This document shows, piece by piece, positions 1-12,400 of a stretch of 64,000 nt of DNA (positions are counted from its first letter, which is position 1; the number at the start of each line of letters is the position of its first letter). Below the pieces are notes generated by a model. It saw only the letters and a program-made list of their open reading frames with translations. It had not been told where the DNA came from and did not search any database. The position numbers were made by a program, and so were the translations under genes. Source of the stretch: Podarcis cretensis (lineage: Eukaryota); assembly GCA_951804945.1 (NCBI GenBank), contig OX638158.1, forward strand, positions 32,364,001-32,428,000, given 5' to 3'.

Positions 1-1845
1 TTAATAATGAACACAGACATAGTTTATCATACTAGGAATAATTTAGCCCAATGGCAAAATCAGCATTTCAAGTCCCAAACCATGTTATTGCATAAGATAG
101 ATAGGTATTATATGTAAACGAGGCATTACATGAATGGCTTAGAAACAGGTGATATAAGGTCACTGTATTGATATCATATTCAGAAACTGAACTTTAGTTT
201 ATCCTGTGTGTGAATTAGGATAATTCCTGATGGTCTCCTGTCGTTGTTTGATGTTGTTCCCTCAGTTTTGGCAAGCACAAAATGTTCAGAATGGATAGAT
301 GGATGCGTCTAAAGCTCATGAATGTGAGCTAATGTTGTGCTGTTCCCTAATCCTCTGAAGGGGAAACAGCAGTTTAGTAAATGATTAGCCTCATTCATTT
401 TACCAGAGTGTTAATAATGAGGATGAATCAAAAGCAGATTTGCATAGCTGACTGCCTGTGTTCCCTCATTCCGTCTATAATCCCTTAGAAGTCATGGAAG
501 CTCTATTTAATTCCATAAGTGAATAATACTGGGAATACATTTAATGAGCTGCAGATCCAGTGTCTTTTGAGGGGTTGGTAATAGACGGCTGGACAAAGAA
601 AATTAGCAGCCCGGCTGCTTCCTTCACTCCAATCGCTCCCGTCACCAAACATTTTCTGATTCATTTCTGAAAGGTTGATCATATCATCTGCCTTGATGTG
701 GACCAGGTCTTCAGCGCACTTGCCTTCAAGAGGAAGAAACCCACCCTGTTCTTTGGTAGGCTGCATATTTGCCAGCATCAGCTAAGAGAGCACTAAAGGC
801 TGCTTCACATGTTATAAAAACGGAAGTCACTTTTGCTAAGAAATGGCATAAATCTGGCCTAATGTAGAAATCCCTGGGAAGCTGCAGTCCTTTGTGGTTT
901 CCCAGTTCATTTATGTGTGCAGGATCAGGGCATCTTATCTATATGCAGGGCTTGCTCAATTCCTACATGAAACTATATTATTATTAAATTTATTGTTTTA
1001 ATATAATGGTGAACGTTCATAAGTAAATATGGAACATTCCCTCCTCCCCCTCTTGAACATGAAACTGTATATTATTAAGCAAAAAATGGGGGCAGGTTTG
1101 AATTTCCCTCCCCTTTGACCTGTTCTTCTGTTTTAACAGCTCATACTGTTCTCAGTGGTGTCTGCCTGAGCACTGATCAAATCTACACACACTTCAACAG
1201 TGCTGCATCATCAAATGCTCCCAGGCCATTCACTGGGCTCCAAGTGGCTTGAAGATCATAGCAGCATTTGAATACATTATAGATTACTATATAAAAGATG
1301 GGGGGGGGGCTTGCAAACTTTCAAACATTAGTTTTTATTTTCTGAGAAGGCTAATCATTAAAATGGGTTTTATGTCTTTTTCAGATGCATTTTTTTACCT
1401 TATAATCAAGTCATATTGAATAAAAGTACTTGAAATTAACACTGCATATAAATAAGTCAGCTAATCCATTTTCTTTCCCAAAACAAAACGAAAAGATTAA
1501 TCCAGGCATTAACATACAGAGGCCTGATAGGCCAGAGAACAGTAGATTCAAACAGAAGTATAAAATATGTTTAGGACAGGAAAGAGAGTGTGTGTCTTTG
1601 AGATTTGGGGGGAATTTTTTCTTTTTCTTTTTACATGTTCCTTGGGAAGGCTGTGCAGCTGTAGACTTAGTGTACCAGCCTCTGCTAAACATGCACTGCA
1701 CATGCAGGATGGGACAATGCAAGTTGGTTAGAGCTACCTGTAAGAAAGGAAGCTAGGAAATACAATTGTCGTCATCATGCTAGAATAGTAAATCATTGTT
1801 GCTAAAGTACGAATGGAAAGCACTAATAGATGGTTTTATACCCAG

Positions 1846-2036
1846 TCAGCATCCTTCAGTTTCTGAGAGCCTTCTTTAGGCAGAACCTCTGCTCCTCCTT
1901 TGTGAAGTTTGCTATCCGGTCTACAGATGAACATGGGAATGAACTTCCACAGTCAGAAGGGGATGCCTCTCTGTGTCCAGTAGCCATGCGGCATGTAGTG
2001 TCCTTGGTTATCCATCTACAGAACCTCCTGCTCCAG
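1846..2036 (+). CDS. MEI1: MEI1 exon (6th from last)
   Basis: cccag|TC AGC ATC CTT CAG...CTC CAG|gtagaa; [12 protein letters not shown]...LQNLLLQ. The acceptor position is slightly uncertain. Confidence 0.85.
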
Positions 2037-5000
2037 GTAGAAGTCTAGTGATAATACCTGAAACCATTTTGCCATCAGCAACACTGTCAATCTATTTCAA
2101 ACACAGGAGAAGGCATACAGTCCACTGCCGTCTCGCAAACTTTCCTTGTTTCTAGAACTGAACTGTTTCACTACTGAGAGGCTTTTTGGATCATTATTTA
2201 ACTTCCAGTGCAGAATGAATATAGATCCCAGGACTTTGTCCATGACAAGTCTTTTTTAAAGTACCGTACTGTAGCTTCCTACAGCTTAAGTCCCTCACTA
2301 GCAGCAGCTCACTTCTGCTACCTTACTAAAGAGGCTGCCATGCAATCTTAAGAGTTATCTGAGCAACATTTTGCATTCTTTCGATAGTGCAATGGGGGTG
2401 GGGAGCCACTTCTACATCAGTTCTAACCTAATAAGTAGTTTTGTTGTGGGATTTGGTGGCAATGATTCATGCCCTCACCCTTTCCCTTATATTTGCAGAA
2501 GGACCTTTTGCTGTCTCAAACTGTTATTGGCTGTCTTGAAGTCTTGTTGGAATACCTGTATTCGAGGAACCCGATCACTGGTACTCCTTTCAGCATCCTT
2601 ATATGTGTTCACTTGATTCCTTTGCTTTGCTGTGATTGTCTGCATCGGTGGCACAGTATCTTCACCAGATGCAGGAGAAATTTTTAGTAGCAGGGGAGGG
2701 AAGAAGCTGCCCTCTCATTTTCCGGAGTGTTTCTTGCTTTGCATCAGGGTGGTAGGTGGTTGAGAATGCCCTTTACGTAATAGAAAAGCAAAATGTAAGT
2801 TTCCAGTTCTAAGAATCTCATTCAATTCCCAAGAAAACATTGCAAACTCTCTTGCCTATACGGCAATCTGGGTCAGACCCAATAGGATATGTTCTGGTCA
2901 GCCTTTACAAAGCAAAACGGTGCATTACTAGGACAGAGAGTGTTTGGTAAATTATTCTATGGATTAACGGTAAACAGCAGCATAAGGGTGTCTCTAACAA
3001 TTGGCTTAGAAAAGCACCAGGGCACAATCTGCACCAAAGCCCCTATCCCAAGATATTCCTTACTTTTTGCAAATGCCTTTGTTGCTCAGTGATCACGGTG
3101 TAGTTCCTTATCACTCAATTCCGTGACATACATCACTGTAATTAGTTTTAATTGCACAAGGAAGTGGGTGGTATTTGAAAGATGTTTTCGTTTTACTCAG
3201 GTAAAGTGCACGTGCACCTGTACAGACAGTCATTTATGCTTAAAATGTGATGTGCTTTCCCCCTTTTCCTCCTTGAAGGCAAACACATGCACCTCTCTGC
3301 ATGCCTATTAAATAACTACAGGTAGAGAGATGTGTCATGTGACCCACCAGAAGCAAGCAAAAAGTGGCAATCCTGCAAAATAATGCTGATATGGATTGTA
3401 CCCTGGTGTAGGGAAGAGTTTTATGGAAGGTTTCATTTAGATGGATTTGAAATGGTGTGTCAATGAACACTGTGAAAAAGCTTTTTCAGTATTAAGGTGG
3501 GGTCATGTGGCGTTTATAATGTTATATTCAGCAGTGAGGTAGAAGTAGCCTTATTGAACAACTTTCATACTATATTTCACATAAAGTAGATAATATTCCA
3601 GTGGTCTAAGCTCAATTATGATAACATAGTCACTTTCCTAGACCTTGCCTTCCCTGAAATTATTATTTCTTTTCTCTGCTTCACTACTCCAGTACAATTT
3701 TGTTGTGAATGAATGAATTAGGTAAGAGTTTAAATTATTGCCAGCAATATTTTTTGCAGGGGGAGGGGCAGGGAGGTGCAATAGTAAATTTTATCTCCGG
3801 AAATTCTTTTTGATGACTTCAAGGAAGTTTCATTCCATATGAGTAAGTCTCTTTAGCTAGAATGTTTTCCACTCGGTTGGTTTTTAAAAAGCTAACTGCG
3901 ATTGCTTTCTACATTTCTAGCATCCCATATTGTCTCACAACCATGGAATAAATTCCTGCTGATCTCACTCCTAGATAGTGTCGATAGTTCATTTCTTCAC
4001 CCTGAAATTCTAAGACTAGTTGCTTTGGTGAGTATGGGGGCTATAAACTGCTATCCTGAAAGTTTCTAGTATATTGTTAAAGAACACAGTGTATCTGCAG
4101 CTATTTATGCTGTGTACATTAAAAATGGGTAACATACAGGCAAATTCTGTAGCCCTGTAGTGTTTGTTAGGGCCAAAACAGGTATAAATAATTGAATTTC
4201 CTGATTTTAAAATAAAACAAAAACAATCAAATATAGTTGTTGTTAGCTCTTATTCTGATCAGAGCTGTGGCACTGGAGAGAAGTTACTTGTCCCTTTATC
4301 CTGCACTATTTCCTTGATCAAAATCTTCCCCCGCCAGCTCTGTATAGTGTGTCTTCCACTCCAGAAAGGCAACAGCAGCTTCACTGTGCGAGTGGCGTTT
4401 CCCATCAGGGAAATGTTGGAGTAGGCAGGATTAAGTGCTGCTTCCCCAATGCTCTTGCTCGAGTCAAAATTGGAGACCCACTTAAATAAAAAACTTTTTT
4501 TTTAAGTTGGGGATTTTGTGAACAGTAGGGAAAGATACCCCCCCCCCAGGGACCAGGGTTAAGGAACCTGTGACCCTACAGATGTTTCTGGACTCAAATC
4601 CCCATCATCCCTGACCACTGTCCATGGTAGCTGAAGCTTATGGGAGTTCAACAAGACCTGAAGGGTCACAGCCAGTTCTTCATCCCTGACATCTCAAGGT
4701 CAGCAAGTTCTGCCTAAAAAATGGGGAAGTTGTTTTATGATACCTCTGGAGCATAGGAGCCAATTCCTAGGAGCCATGGGGGCTTCGGCTCCCACAATAA
4801 AATCACAAAGTTGATGGGCATTCCCATTCAAATGCTGTGTGTGTGCACTTCATCATGTGATCAGTTATGCAGGTGGGGTTTACCTGGGCCCCCACAATAT
4901 TTTATTCAAGTTGGCACCCCTGCTGTGGAGCCAGTGTTTGGATCGTACTTGAGGAAAGCTGAACTATGGAACTCCATGCCACAAGAAAATAAATTAACTT

Positions 5001-7857
5001 TAATTACTATGTTTTAAAGTTTATAAGGTATCAGAGCACTAGAATTATTTCTCCAATTGAAATTGGCCGCATACTTGAAGAAGCAGCTAGTACTAGATTG
5101 TCAGAACTTTCTGATGTCACAATCAGTGCACTTCGCTCCTTTCTTGTTCAGGTGAGCCCTTTGGAAATGATCTCGTAACAGTAAGCAGTAACTTGAGAGT
5201 GATATCATAAGAATGGTTGTTATGGGTTGTTGTTGTTGTTGCTGCCATCATCATCTTCATCATCATTTCACATTACAGCACTGATTTTGCAGCCTCGAGT
5301 GGCGGTTTCAGGCCTTGGGCGGAATCCTTTAGTCTATCTTCCTAAATGTGTGTGGAGGGGTGGTGAAGTGGCGACCCACGCCTCCCTTGTGGTGGTGATC
5401 CCAGGGTTCCCCGTTAAAGGGGTCTTGAGGGGAGGCATTGGCCATACGCCGAGAGGTTGTCATTGCTCTCCCCTGTGACGGTGGCGAAATGGAGGGTGGG
5501 CTCTCTGCTTGAACATATTTCTCCAGAGACGGCCCAATTCCCACACATTCTGGATAACCCTGATGTCTCCCAGATCCCCAGCTGGGGACTGGGAAGGATA
5601 AATGCCCAGTGTCGAAGCCAAGGTCTCCCTACATCTGAAACTTAATAAAGTTGTGGCCAATTTTAATCCCATAGCACCTTGTCTTGAGTCATTATTCCAC
5701 CCGGGGGTCGCCTAGGGTTGGGGGGGACTCCACCTGTCCACGCAAATCAAGAAGGGAAGAACTTTAACAAGGAATGGGAAAAGTGTATAATTTATTTACA
5801 AGACCACTGCAAGCAGGTTAAAACATTAGTAGGATTTTAACCACACTTGTAAAGTAATAGAATGTATGGATAATTTAGAAGGATCAAAAATTTGGATGAC
5901 TATATTATAAATAATATAGTTAGGACCCATGGAAGGGATGGGAGGAAGTCAGGAGATTCAGAGCAATCTTGATATTTGGATTCGTAGCTGTTTTTTGTTG
6001 TATGTTTATATTTTTTAAAATCAAATTAAAATATTAATTTTTAAAAAGATAACAGCAGTTTTCTTAACTGGGATTGTAAACTGCCCTAGGATATTTATTA
6101 TGAAGGTAATAATAAATACCTTAAATAAGATGCAGTGATTCCTCAATGAGAGTAACCTCCACGGTGATTCTGAAATGGTTCTAACAGCTTTAGCAAAAGC
6201 CACTTGCTTCAGGCAGCAGATTGCAGAGGGTTTGGTAACTTAAGTCCATGAATTTCATTGGTCTCCTCTGAGTATGACTAATGTTAGATTCCATCTACAG
6301 TTACTTATTCCTTAATTTACAGAGAAGCACTCTTTCCATGTACCCTTTGTTCCTCTGGTTCAGTACTACAGCACTAAGCCAGCGTGGAAAGCTGACATAT
6401 GGCTATGCCTTTGGCTTTTATTGCTATTGTAAGAAATGAAGGAAAGGGAGATAGGAAGAAACAAACCTCTTAATTATTTCTGTAATTCCTTTCACTTTGA
6501 TGTAAGCTTCAAAGGGGAAAATGTCAGGTGGATTCAACTCAAGCAGCATCTGTTCAGACCTTGCTGGAGAGCCTCCCGTCAACAAGCAGGAGTCAGCCGA
6601 CCTTTCCAGGCATGATGTATCCTTTTGGCAGGATGCGTGCGAAGTTACTGGAGTAAGGTACAGGCCGCCATCTGCGTAGGTCTGAGGTTGAGACTAGACC
6701 GCCTATTTTGTGACATCCACTGGGAAGAGTATGAATATATTTTCAGAAAGGTAAAAAGAAAACCCTGTCAAAGTGCTTTTTGCCTTTTCATCACTTGCAC
6801 TCAGACAATGTAAAGCAGCATTAGATATAAAGGGCCCTAGTTTACAATAATTACTTAAGTCCTAAATAAAGTGAAAAAGTCCGGTTTTGAAAAAGGCATC
6901 CAAAGGCTTGCTGTTTGCCTTCCTCATTGTTCCATTAATATTTTTCATTGTTCGGATTAGATTGCAAACAAAGCAGTGCTCAAACTAGTAATGTTTGCAA
7001 TGAAGGAGTCGGTTTTGTGGCATTGTGTGGAATGTCCCTGGGTGCCTTCAGATTGTTACTTTTTTGCATGAGCAATTGAAGTGCATACTGGAACTTTGGG
7101 TTTGCGCAGTTTAAATGGATTAATGGGTTTTGTTGCCTTGGCACAGGCATGGCCAAACTTAGCCCTCCAGATGTTTTGGGAGTACAATTCCCATCATCCC
7201 TGACCACTGGGCCTGTTAGCTAGGGATGATGGGAGTTATAGTCCCCAAACATCTGGAGGGCCAAGTTTGGCCATGCCTGCCTTAGCACAACCAAGGCGAT
7301 TTAATATCATGCTATGTTGATTGCTCAGTCAGGGCAGGCTTGTCAGCTTGCCAGATGCAACCACCCCCTCTCTCTTCACCTCGCACAGCTGTTCCAGGGG
7401 TTCTCCTGACACACACACTCCAAGCCAAGTTTATTTGGGGAGAGAAGACCTGTTGTGCAAGTGGAAGTTCTTCCTTGTGCCAGCTTCCACTTGCAGGACT
7501 TATTAGTTGACTCCAGCCCACGCAGTTTTTTTGTGCTTTGGAAAGTTATGGGGGAAAGTATAAAATAGAATGCGGATGGATATGGAGTGTAAACACTCCA
7601 TAAGTGTTTTCTGGGCATCAACGTACTGTGTATAGGATAGGTTGCTGACAGTCAAAACTTCTGAGCAATTTATATTTTCTGCTCTCTTGCCAACATGTGT
7701 TCATATGGCAAATATTTCAGAGTTTTCGGGAAAAGAATAAATGAATACATTTTCTGAGCAGCGTATTATCCTTTCAACACTTTATTCTTTCACTCAAGCC
7801 TTTGAATTCAGATGTCTTGGAGGAGTGGCAGTTTCTCTCTCACATATCAGAGACTGA
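1846..7857 (+). CDS. MEI1: MEI1 (meiosis inhibitor 1), 3' part: join(1846..2036,2499..2580,3921..4027,5020..5151,6507..6616,7812..7857); earlier exons not identified in the window
   Basis: Spliced translation ...[14 protein letters not shown]...[12 protein letters not shown]|[20 protein letters not shown]...|[13 protein letters not shown]...PEILRLVAL|FIRYQS...|LQRGKC...PGMI|[14 protein letters not shown] matches the recalled mammalian MEI1 C-terminus (...QPWNRFLL...PEILRL...[14 protein letters not shown]). AG/GT boundaries and phases agree, and the position upstream of CCDC134 is syntenic. Confidence 0.92.
2499..2580 (+). CDS. MEI1: MEI1 exon (5th from last), 82 nt
   Basis: ttgcag|AAG GAC CTT...ATC ACT G|gtact; [27 protein letters not shown]. 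Confidence 0.9.
3921..4027 (+). CDS. MEI1: MEI1 exon (4th from last), 107 nt
   Basis: ttctag|CA TCC CAT...GCT TTG|gtgagt; [35 protein letters not shown]. Confidence 0.92.
5020..5151 (+). CDS. MEI1: MEI1 exon (3rd from last), 132 nt
   Basis: taaag|TTT ATA AGG...GTT CAG|gtgagc; [44 protein letters not shown]. Confidence 0.88.
5287..5745 (+). mobile_element. Interspersed repeat, solo-LTR-like or DIRS/Ngaro-type terminal repeat (family uncertain)
   Basis: GC-rich ~460 bp block in an AT-rich intron, with TTGC...GCAA ends and internal AATAAA at 5644. Confidence 0.4.
5748..6050 (+). mobile_element. L1-type LINE 3' end fragment
   Basis: Encodes [27 protein letters not shown], resembling a squamate L1 ORF2 C-terminus, followed by an AT-rich tail. 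Confidence 0.5.
6507..6616 (+). CDS. MEI1: MEI1 penultimate exon, 110 nt, followed by a U12-type donor
   Basis: gtaag|CTT CAA AGG...GGC ATG AT|gtatcctttt; [36 protein letters not shown]; phase 2 matches the last exon. Confidence 0.82.
7144..7279. mobile_element. Palindromic non-autonomous hAT MITE
   Basis: CAGGCATGGCCAAACTT...AAGTTTGGCCATGCCTG, near-complete palindrome, 8-bp TSD ccttggca/ccttagca. Confidence 0.85.
7812..7857 (+). CDS. MEI1: MEI1 last coding exon
   Basis: ttcag|A TGT CTT GGA GGA GTG GCA GTT TCT CTC TCA CAT ATC AGA GAC TGA = [14 protein letters not shown]. Confidence 0.92.
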
Positions 7858-7895
7858 AATGAGGAGGCAAACAATACTGAACAGAGAACATAATG

Positions 7896-7901
7896 AATAA
7901 A
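7896..7901 (+). terminator. Probable MEI1 polyadenylation signal
   Basis: AATAAA ~40 nt after the stop codon. Confidence 0.65.
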
Positions 7902-8315
7902 GCAACTTGCCTTTATAATTTCTTACCAGCCAAAGGCTTAAAGGAATATAATACAAGTGATTAAAGCCTACAGAAGTGGTTTTGTAATCTAGTCGGTAGT
8001 TTATGTTTAAACTTGTAAATTAAAAACTTTAAATCTGTTTTTTGTCTGCCTTGGAAATGTGTTAAGTGAAGCATGCATATCAGAGTTGTTTTCAGCACTG
8101 ATAAAGAAAAGAATTTGCAGGCACTTCTGATAAATTCCCTAAGTGCTTGACCTCAGTAAATAATCTATTTTGCTACTTTACGCATCACCTTCTTAATATT
8201 CAGGTGCCATGAATCATTGTTTTGGTTAATGCAAAATGATACCATGTTAAGAGAAAGCTTTTGTGGAGCAAGGGTTTTACTATATCTAGCCAAATTCAAA
8301 GTCAGCACTCATTTG

Positions 8316-8321
<6 letters not shown>

Positions 8322-8362
<41 letters not shown>
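8322..8362. repeat. (CA)n microsatellite
   Basis: About 20 CA units. Confidence 0.98.
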
Positions 8363-8367
<5 letters not shown>

Positions 8368-9167
8368 ACGGTTGGCAATAGCAACAGTAACAATGCTCTC
8401 AACCCTTTTGGTACAATAGCTGAGCATTCTCTGAAATCTTCGCTCTAAGGGCTGATTCTCAAATGTGACTACTGGGAAAATCTATAGTGATAGATCGTAA
8501 TAGGATGCACCCACATTGTGTTGCTCAAATTGTAGTAATTGTAGCATTTTTTAATATGTTGAAAGGATGTTCTACCTTTCATTTAACAAAATATTATTGT
8601 CTGATGCTTCAGCAGTTACATAGGTTACCTGTATGTATAAAATCTCTAAAACCACTATACAAAAAAGGCAGAAGTGAAACAGCCACTGCCCCTATGTTTA
8701 CAATACAACCAAAGGCTTACAACCTAATCAAAGACAAGACACACTGCAAGGAAAGGGAGGTGATATAAAAGAAAGGATGATGAGGAGAGGCATGCCTGCT
8801 GCTAAGTGGAAGGGCACTTTCACAGCACAGAGCGGCAAGAGAAAAGGCCCCAGGTGCAACTCAAAGGGTAATCTTAGGTGTAACAAAGAGATTGGTCAAG
8901 TGAAAACTAGAGAATTAGGCAGTATCAAGGAGTGAAACGATCTGAATGGCAAGTGGGAAATAGAACAGATAACAGCAGAAGAGGGCTAAGAATAGAAGCA
9001 GGAAGCCAACAAGAAAGATACAAGAGTAGTCTATTAAGGAAATAAAATTAACCAGATTGTTAATTTGGCGTTAATGTTGTGGGTGACTGTAGAGGAATGT
9101 GAATCCTAGTTCTACTGATCAACTGAAAATGGCGAGTTCAGCAAGAAGGACATGAATATATAGAAGA

Positions 9168-9452
9168 AAGGCCTGTAGCTCATTGGTATAGGATCTCCTT
9201 TGCATGCCGAAGGTCCAAGGTTCAACCTCTGGCATCTCCAGGTAGGGCTAGGAGAGCCCATGGACAGCTGTTGCAAGTTAATGTAAACAAGGTTGTAAAG
9301 TCTGGTGCCCCTTATATGTTGGACTACAATTCCCATCATCCCTCACTAATGGCTATGTTTGCTGGGGCTGAGGGGAGATGGAGTCTAGCAGCATCTGGAG
9401 GGCATCAGGTTGCTGAGTTGGATCGTCCAATGGTCTGACTTGACGTAAGGCA
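9168..9452 (+). mobile_element. tRNA-derived SINE interrupted by a degenerate palindromic MITE (~9295-9412)
   Basis: Head with A-box-like TAGCTCATTGG and B-box-like GGTTCAACC. SINE body resumes after the MITE-like ggactacaattcccatcatc...catctggagggc. Related copies at ~33580-33695 (-) and ~38865-39000. Confidence 0.55.
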
Positions 9453-10999
9453 GAATTAGCATAAGAAAAATCTTTTGAAAATAATCAAACAGTTATTTGT
9501 CTTCCGTGGTTCCGAACTTGAGAAGATCAACATTATCAAGAATGTGAGAAAGTGTTTTTTAAAAAAAAACCTGGGGATTTGTCCATTGAGAGAAGTGTAT
9601 GACTATTGCAGCAGTGCACATAAATTAAAGGCCCATTGTGACAAATACAAAAAGGGGAGCATTTACACTACCTAGATTTCATACATGAATAAACTTACTT
9701 GCTGGAATGGTTGCCCCATAATGTATTTTTACAAGCCTGTCAAATCTTAATGAGTTTAATTAAATCATTTATATTTAATTGCAGTTGCTTGTTTTAGGTA
9801 ATGTATGATTCCATAGACAAAAATCTTCACCAATTATTGGAAAAGGCCATCTTATTTTCATTATCATCATCCCTACTACAATAGCACGCCAAAACAAAAG
9901 TAGCCTTAAAAAATTACGAAGTATACCTGTAACTTCTATGCCCAAATAATTAAAATAAGCCCTGCCAAATATTCAGTAAAACTGATTATCTTGATTAAAG
10001 AAATCTACTGAGATAAGGAATTTGTATGTAGGGTAACATTTCACAGTTTGACCCAATTTTCTGCTGTGTAGTTAGCACTCTGCTCAGGTTCTAAACCAAT
10101 TATAAAATATGTTTATAAAAGGAATAAAGGGTTGTGTTATGTATCACTTGTGATGCCACGGACACTAGCCCACTGGGTGCATGTAAGATGTAGCTCTGAG
10201 ACATGTAATGCACAGTAATTTGAAGCACAATGGATGCATTGGAGATGAACAAAAATGACTTAAGTGCTCTGGGAACAAGATATTGCTGGTTTGTTTCCCT
10301 GAGACAATCATGAAAGCTTCGAGAAAGTTACTTAGGTTAAGTGTGCTAATTGCATTTTCCAAAGTGCTGGCTTTGGCCTCTTAAAGCCTTAAACCGCTTA
10401 GGATTCCAGTATCTCAAGGACTACCTTTCTTTGTATGAACCTACCTAAAACCTACAATGGTCATTTGAGACTATTTCCCATGTGCAGCTTCTAGGAGTGC
10501 TCAGAGGGCAGTAGACCCGTTCGTTAGTGCAAAGTGTTGCTTGCTTTTTGCATTAGGTAATAGGACATTCCTCTTCACTCAGGCAGCTGGGCTTAGCTAT
10601 GATTTGGCCATTGTGGTTTTGGTGCTCATCTTGTGGTTGAGCGAAACATAATCACTTCCAAGTCTCTAATTTAAAAAAGCAACAAATAAATAAAATTTAA
10701 TAATTTATTGCTCATAAGTGACTGGAAAGGCTGGAAATCCTATTCTCACTCACCTAAGGGTAAATCCCAGTGATCTCAACTTGTCTTACTTTGGGAGTAA
10801 CGTCCAGCAATGCAGTTATTTTTGCCTGCTGTGATCATGCAATTGTTGGGGCTTGTAAAGCGAGGCACCTCTCATGTCCCAGCCTAGCCAGATGGATATT
10901 GGTAGAAGCGTCCTTCATATTTATAACAGAGACAGAGTAACTGTGCTTGCTAATTATTATTGCAACTGATTAAACAGCAAGCAGGTGTTCTCATTAATC

Positions 11000-12400
11000 A
11001 CTAATTGCTTCCTGCGCTCACCCCGCTTCTCCCGGACCATACTTGCGCGCAGTCTAAAGAACTCCTCTAATTGCCTTTCAATGCTTATTATGATTTACAC
11101 GCTGCTTCTCCCACTATGTGCAGTACAGTAATTGCTTCCGAAATTCTGTGTGTGGGTTTCTGGTTTTTTAAAATTCACCACCCACCATGCAAATCAGCAC
11201 CTGGCATTCCCCCTATTAGTTAACGTGGCTGCTTCCCCTGCTTACAGCTTTGTAAACGTGGTGCTGGGGAGAGAGCTACCCATTGGAAGAACTACAACAC
11301 AGAGGCCTCTGGGAAGCACACGGAGGAAATGACGCACCCGTGCAGGGCATGCTGGTTTGCTTAGCAAGCGAGGCCAGTCCGCTGGGGAAAGCTGCCGGGA
11401 AAAGGAAGAGCGGCTCCAGCATGCCAGCCTCGCCAGAGTGAGCTGCTGCTGCTGCTGCTGCTGGGACGACTGGAGACGCCGCGTGCCCTTTTCTGGGCAA
11501 TGCAGGTGAGGTTCCTTCCCAGGGGCTCGAGAGCGAGGGTCGCTTGGGAAGCGGGCAGCTTCCACCCCGTGCGATGCCAAGCTGGTTCTCGACGGGCAGG
11601 TTGGGTTCCCGAACCCCAGATCGCGCTGCCTGCAACTGCCAGGCTGGCAGCAAACTGCTCCGTAGTTCTGAGCGCCTCCGATCTTGCAAATGCAGCGGAG
11701 GGAGAAGGAGGGCAGAATGGAAACGCCGAAGCCCTTCGGGAGAGCCAGGCCCCGAGGAAGCGGGAGGTCCCGGGAGCCCCAGTGGATCGACCAGGGAGGG
11801 GGGCGGCGGCGGCAGCAGGTGGCGGGGATCGGACTTCTGCTGCAGCCGCGGATCCGCGGGAGAGCGCGCGCTTGGGCGATCCGCTGCCTGGAATCGGGAA
11901 GGACCGCGCGGCTGCGGGGAGCGAGTGAGGATCGCCCTCGCTTTCTTCGCTGCTCGCGTAGGAAGGCTGAGCGAGGCGGCCGAGAACTTGTCTCTGCAAA
12001 CTTGGGGGAGCGCGCGGGGGTTGCCAGCGTCGCGCCCTTTGGGAAGCGAGGTCCTCCGGGGTGTTAAACTAGACTACAGAGATGTATTTAATCACCACGT
12101 AGCTCATGCTGTCCGCTGGTGAGTCGCCCCTCGGAAGAAATAGCTGCGGAATGATCATGATCGATGCCACAAAGAAAGAGGATCCTGTCACAGCAGTCAT
12201 TCTAAACTAGTAGAGGAAGGTGCTCTGGTCTACACCTTAGTAATGATGATTTTGGTGGTGAATTAAGGTGCAAAGCTCTCCTCCGCGCCGTGTCTGTTCG
12301 GGTCTTTTGCACTTGTCGTATTCCCTGATCAGCAGGCCCGCATTTCCTCCGGCACCTTGTACCCATCGCATCCTGAGTCCCAAGACTAAGCAGCAAAAGG
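11000..12400 (+). promoter_or_regulatory. CCDC134: CpG island: promoter and non-coding first exon(s) of CCDC134; candidate donors CAG|GTGAGG (11505/11506) and CTG|GTGAGT (12118/12119)
   Basis: The only CpG/GC-rich island between the MEI1 3' end and the CCDC134 ATG exon. Contains ATTGG (11282), GGAAATGACG (11325) and two good donor consensus sites. Confidence 0.75.
11442..11463. repeat. (GCT/CTG)7 trinucleotide repeat in the putative CCDC134 5'UTR
   Basis: gctgctgctgctgctgctgctg. Confidence 0.9.

Noticed and set aside
1-1845. Further upstream MEI1 exons
   Set aside because: No segment with splice sites translated to the expected preceding MEI1 sequence; it probably lies before the window.
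11242-12122. Six long overlapping ORFs (112-212 aa) on both strands, including poly-Q and poly-A runs
   Set aside because: Expected from stop-codon scarcity in a CpG island. They are low-complexity Ala/Arg/Pro/Gly, have no recognisable domain, and the poly-Q comes from the CTG repeat.
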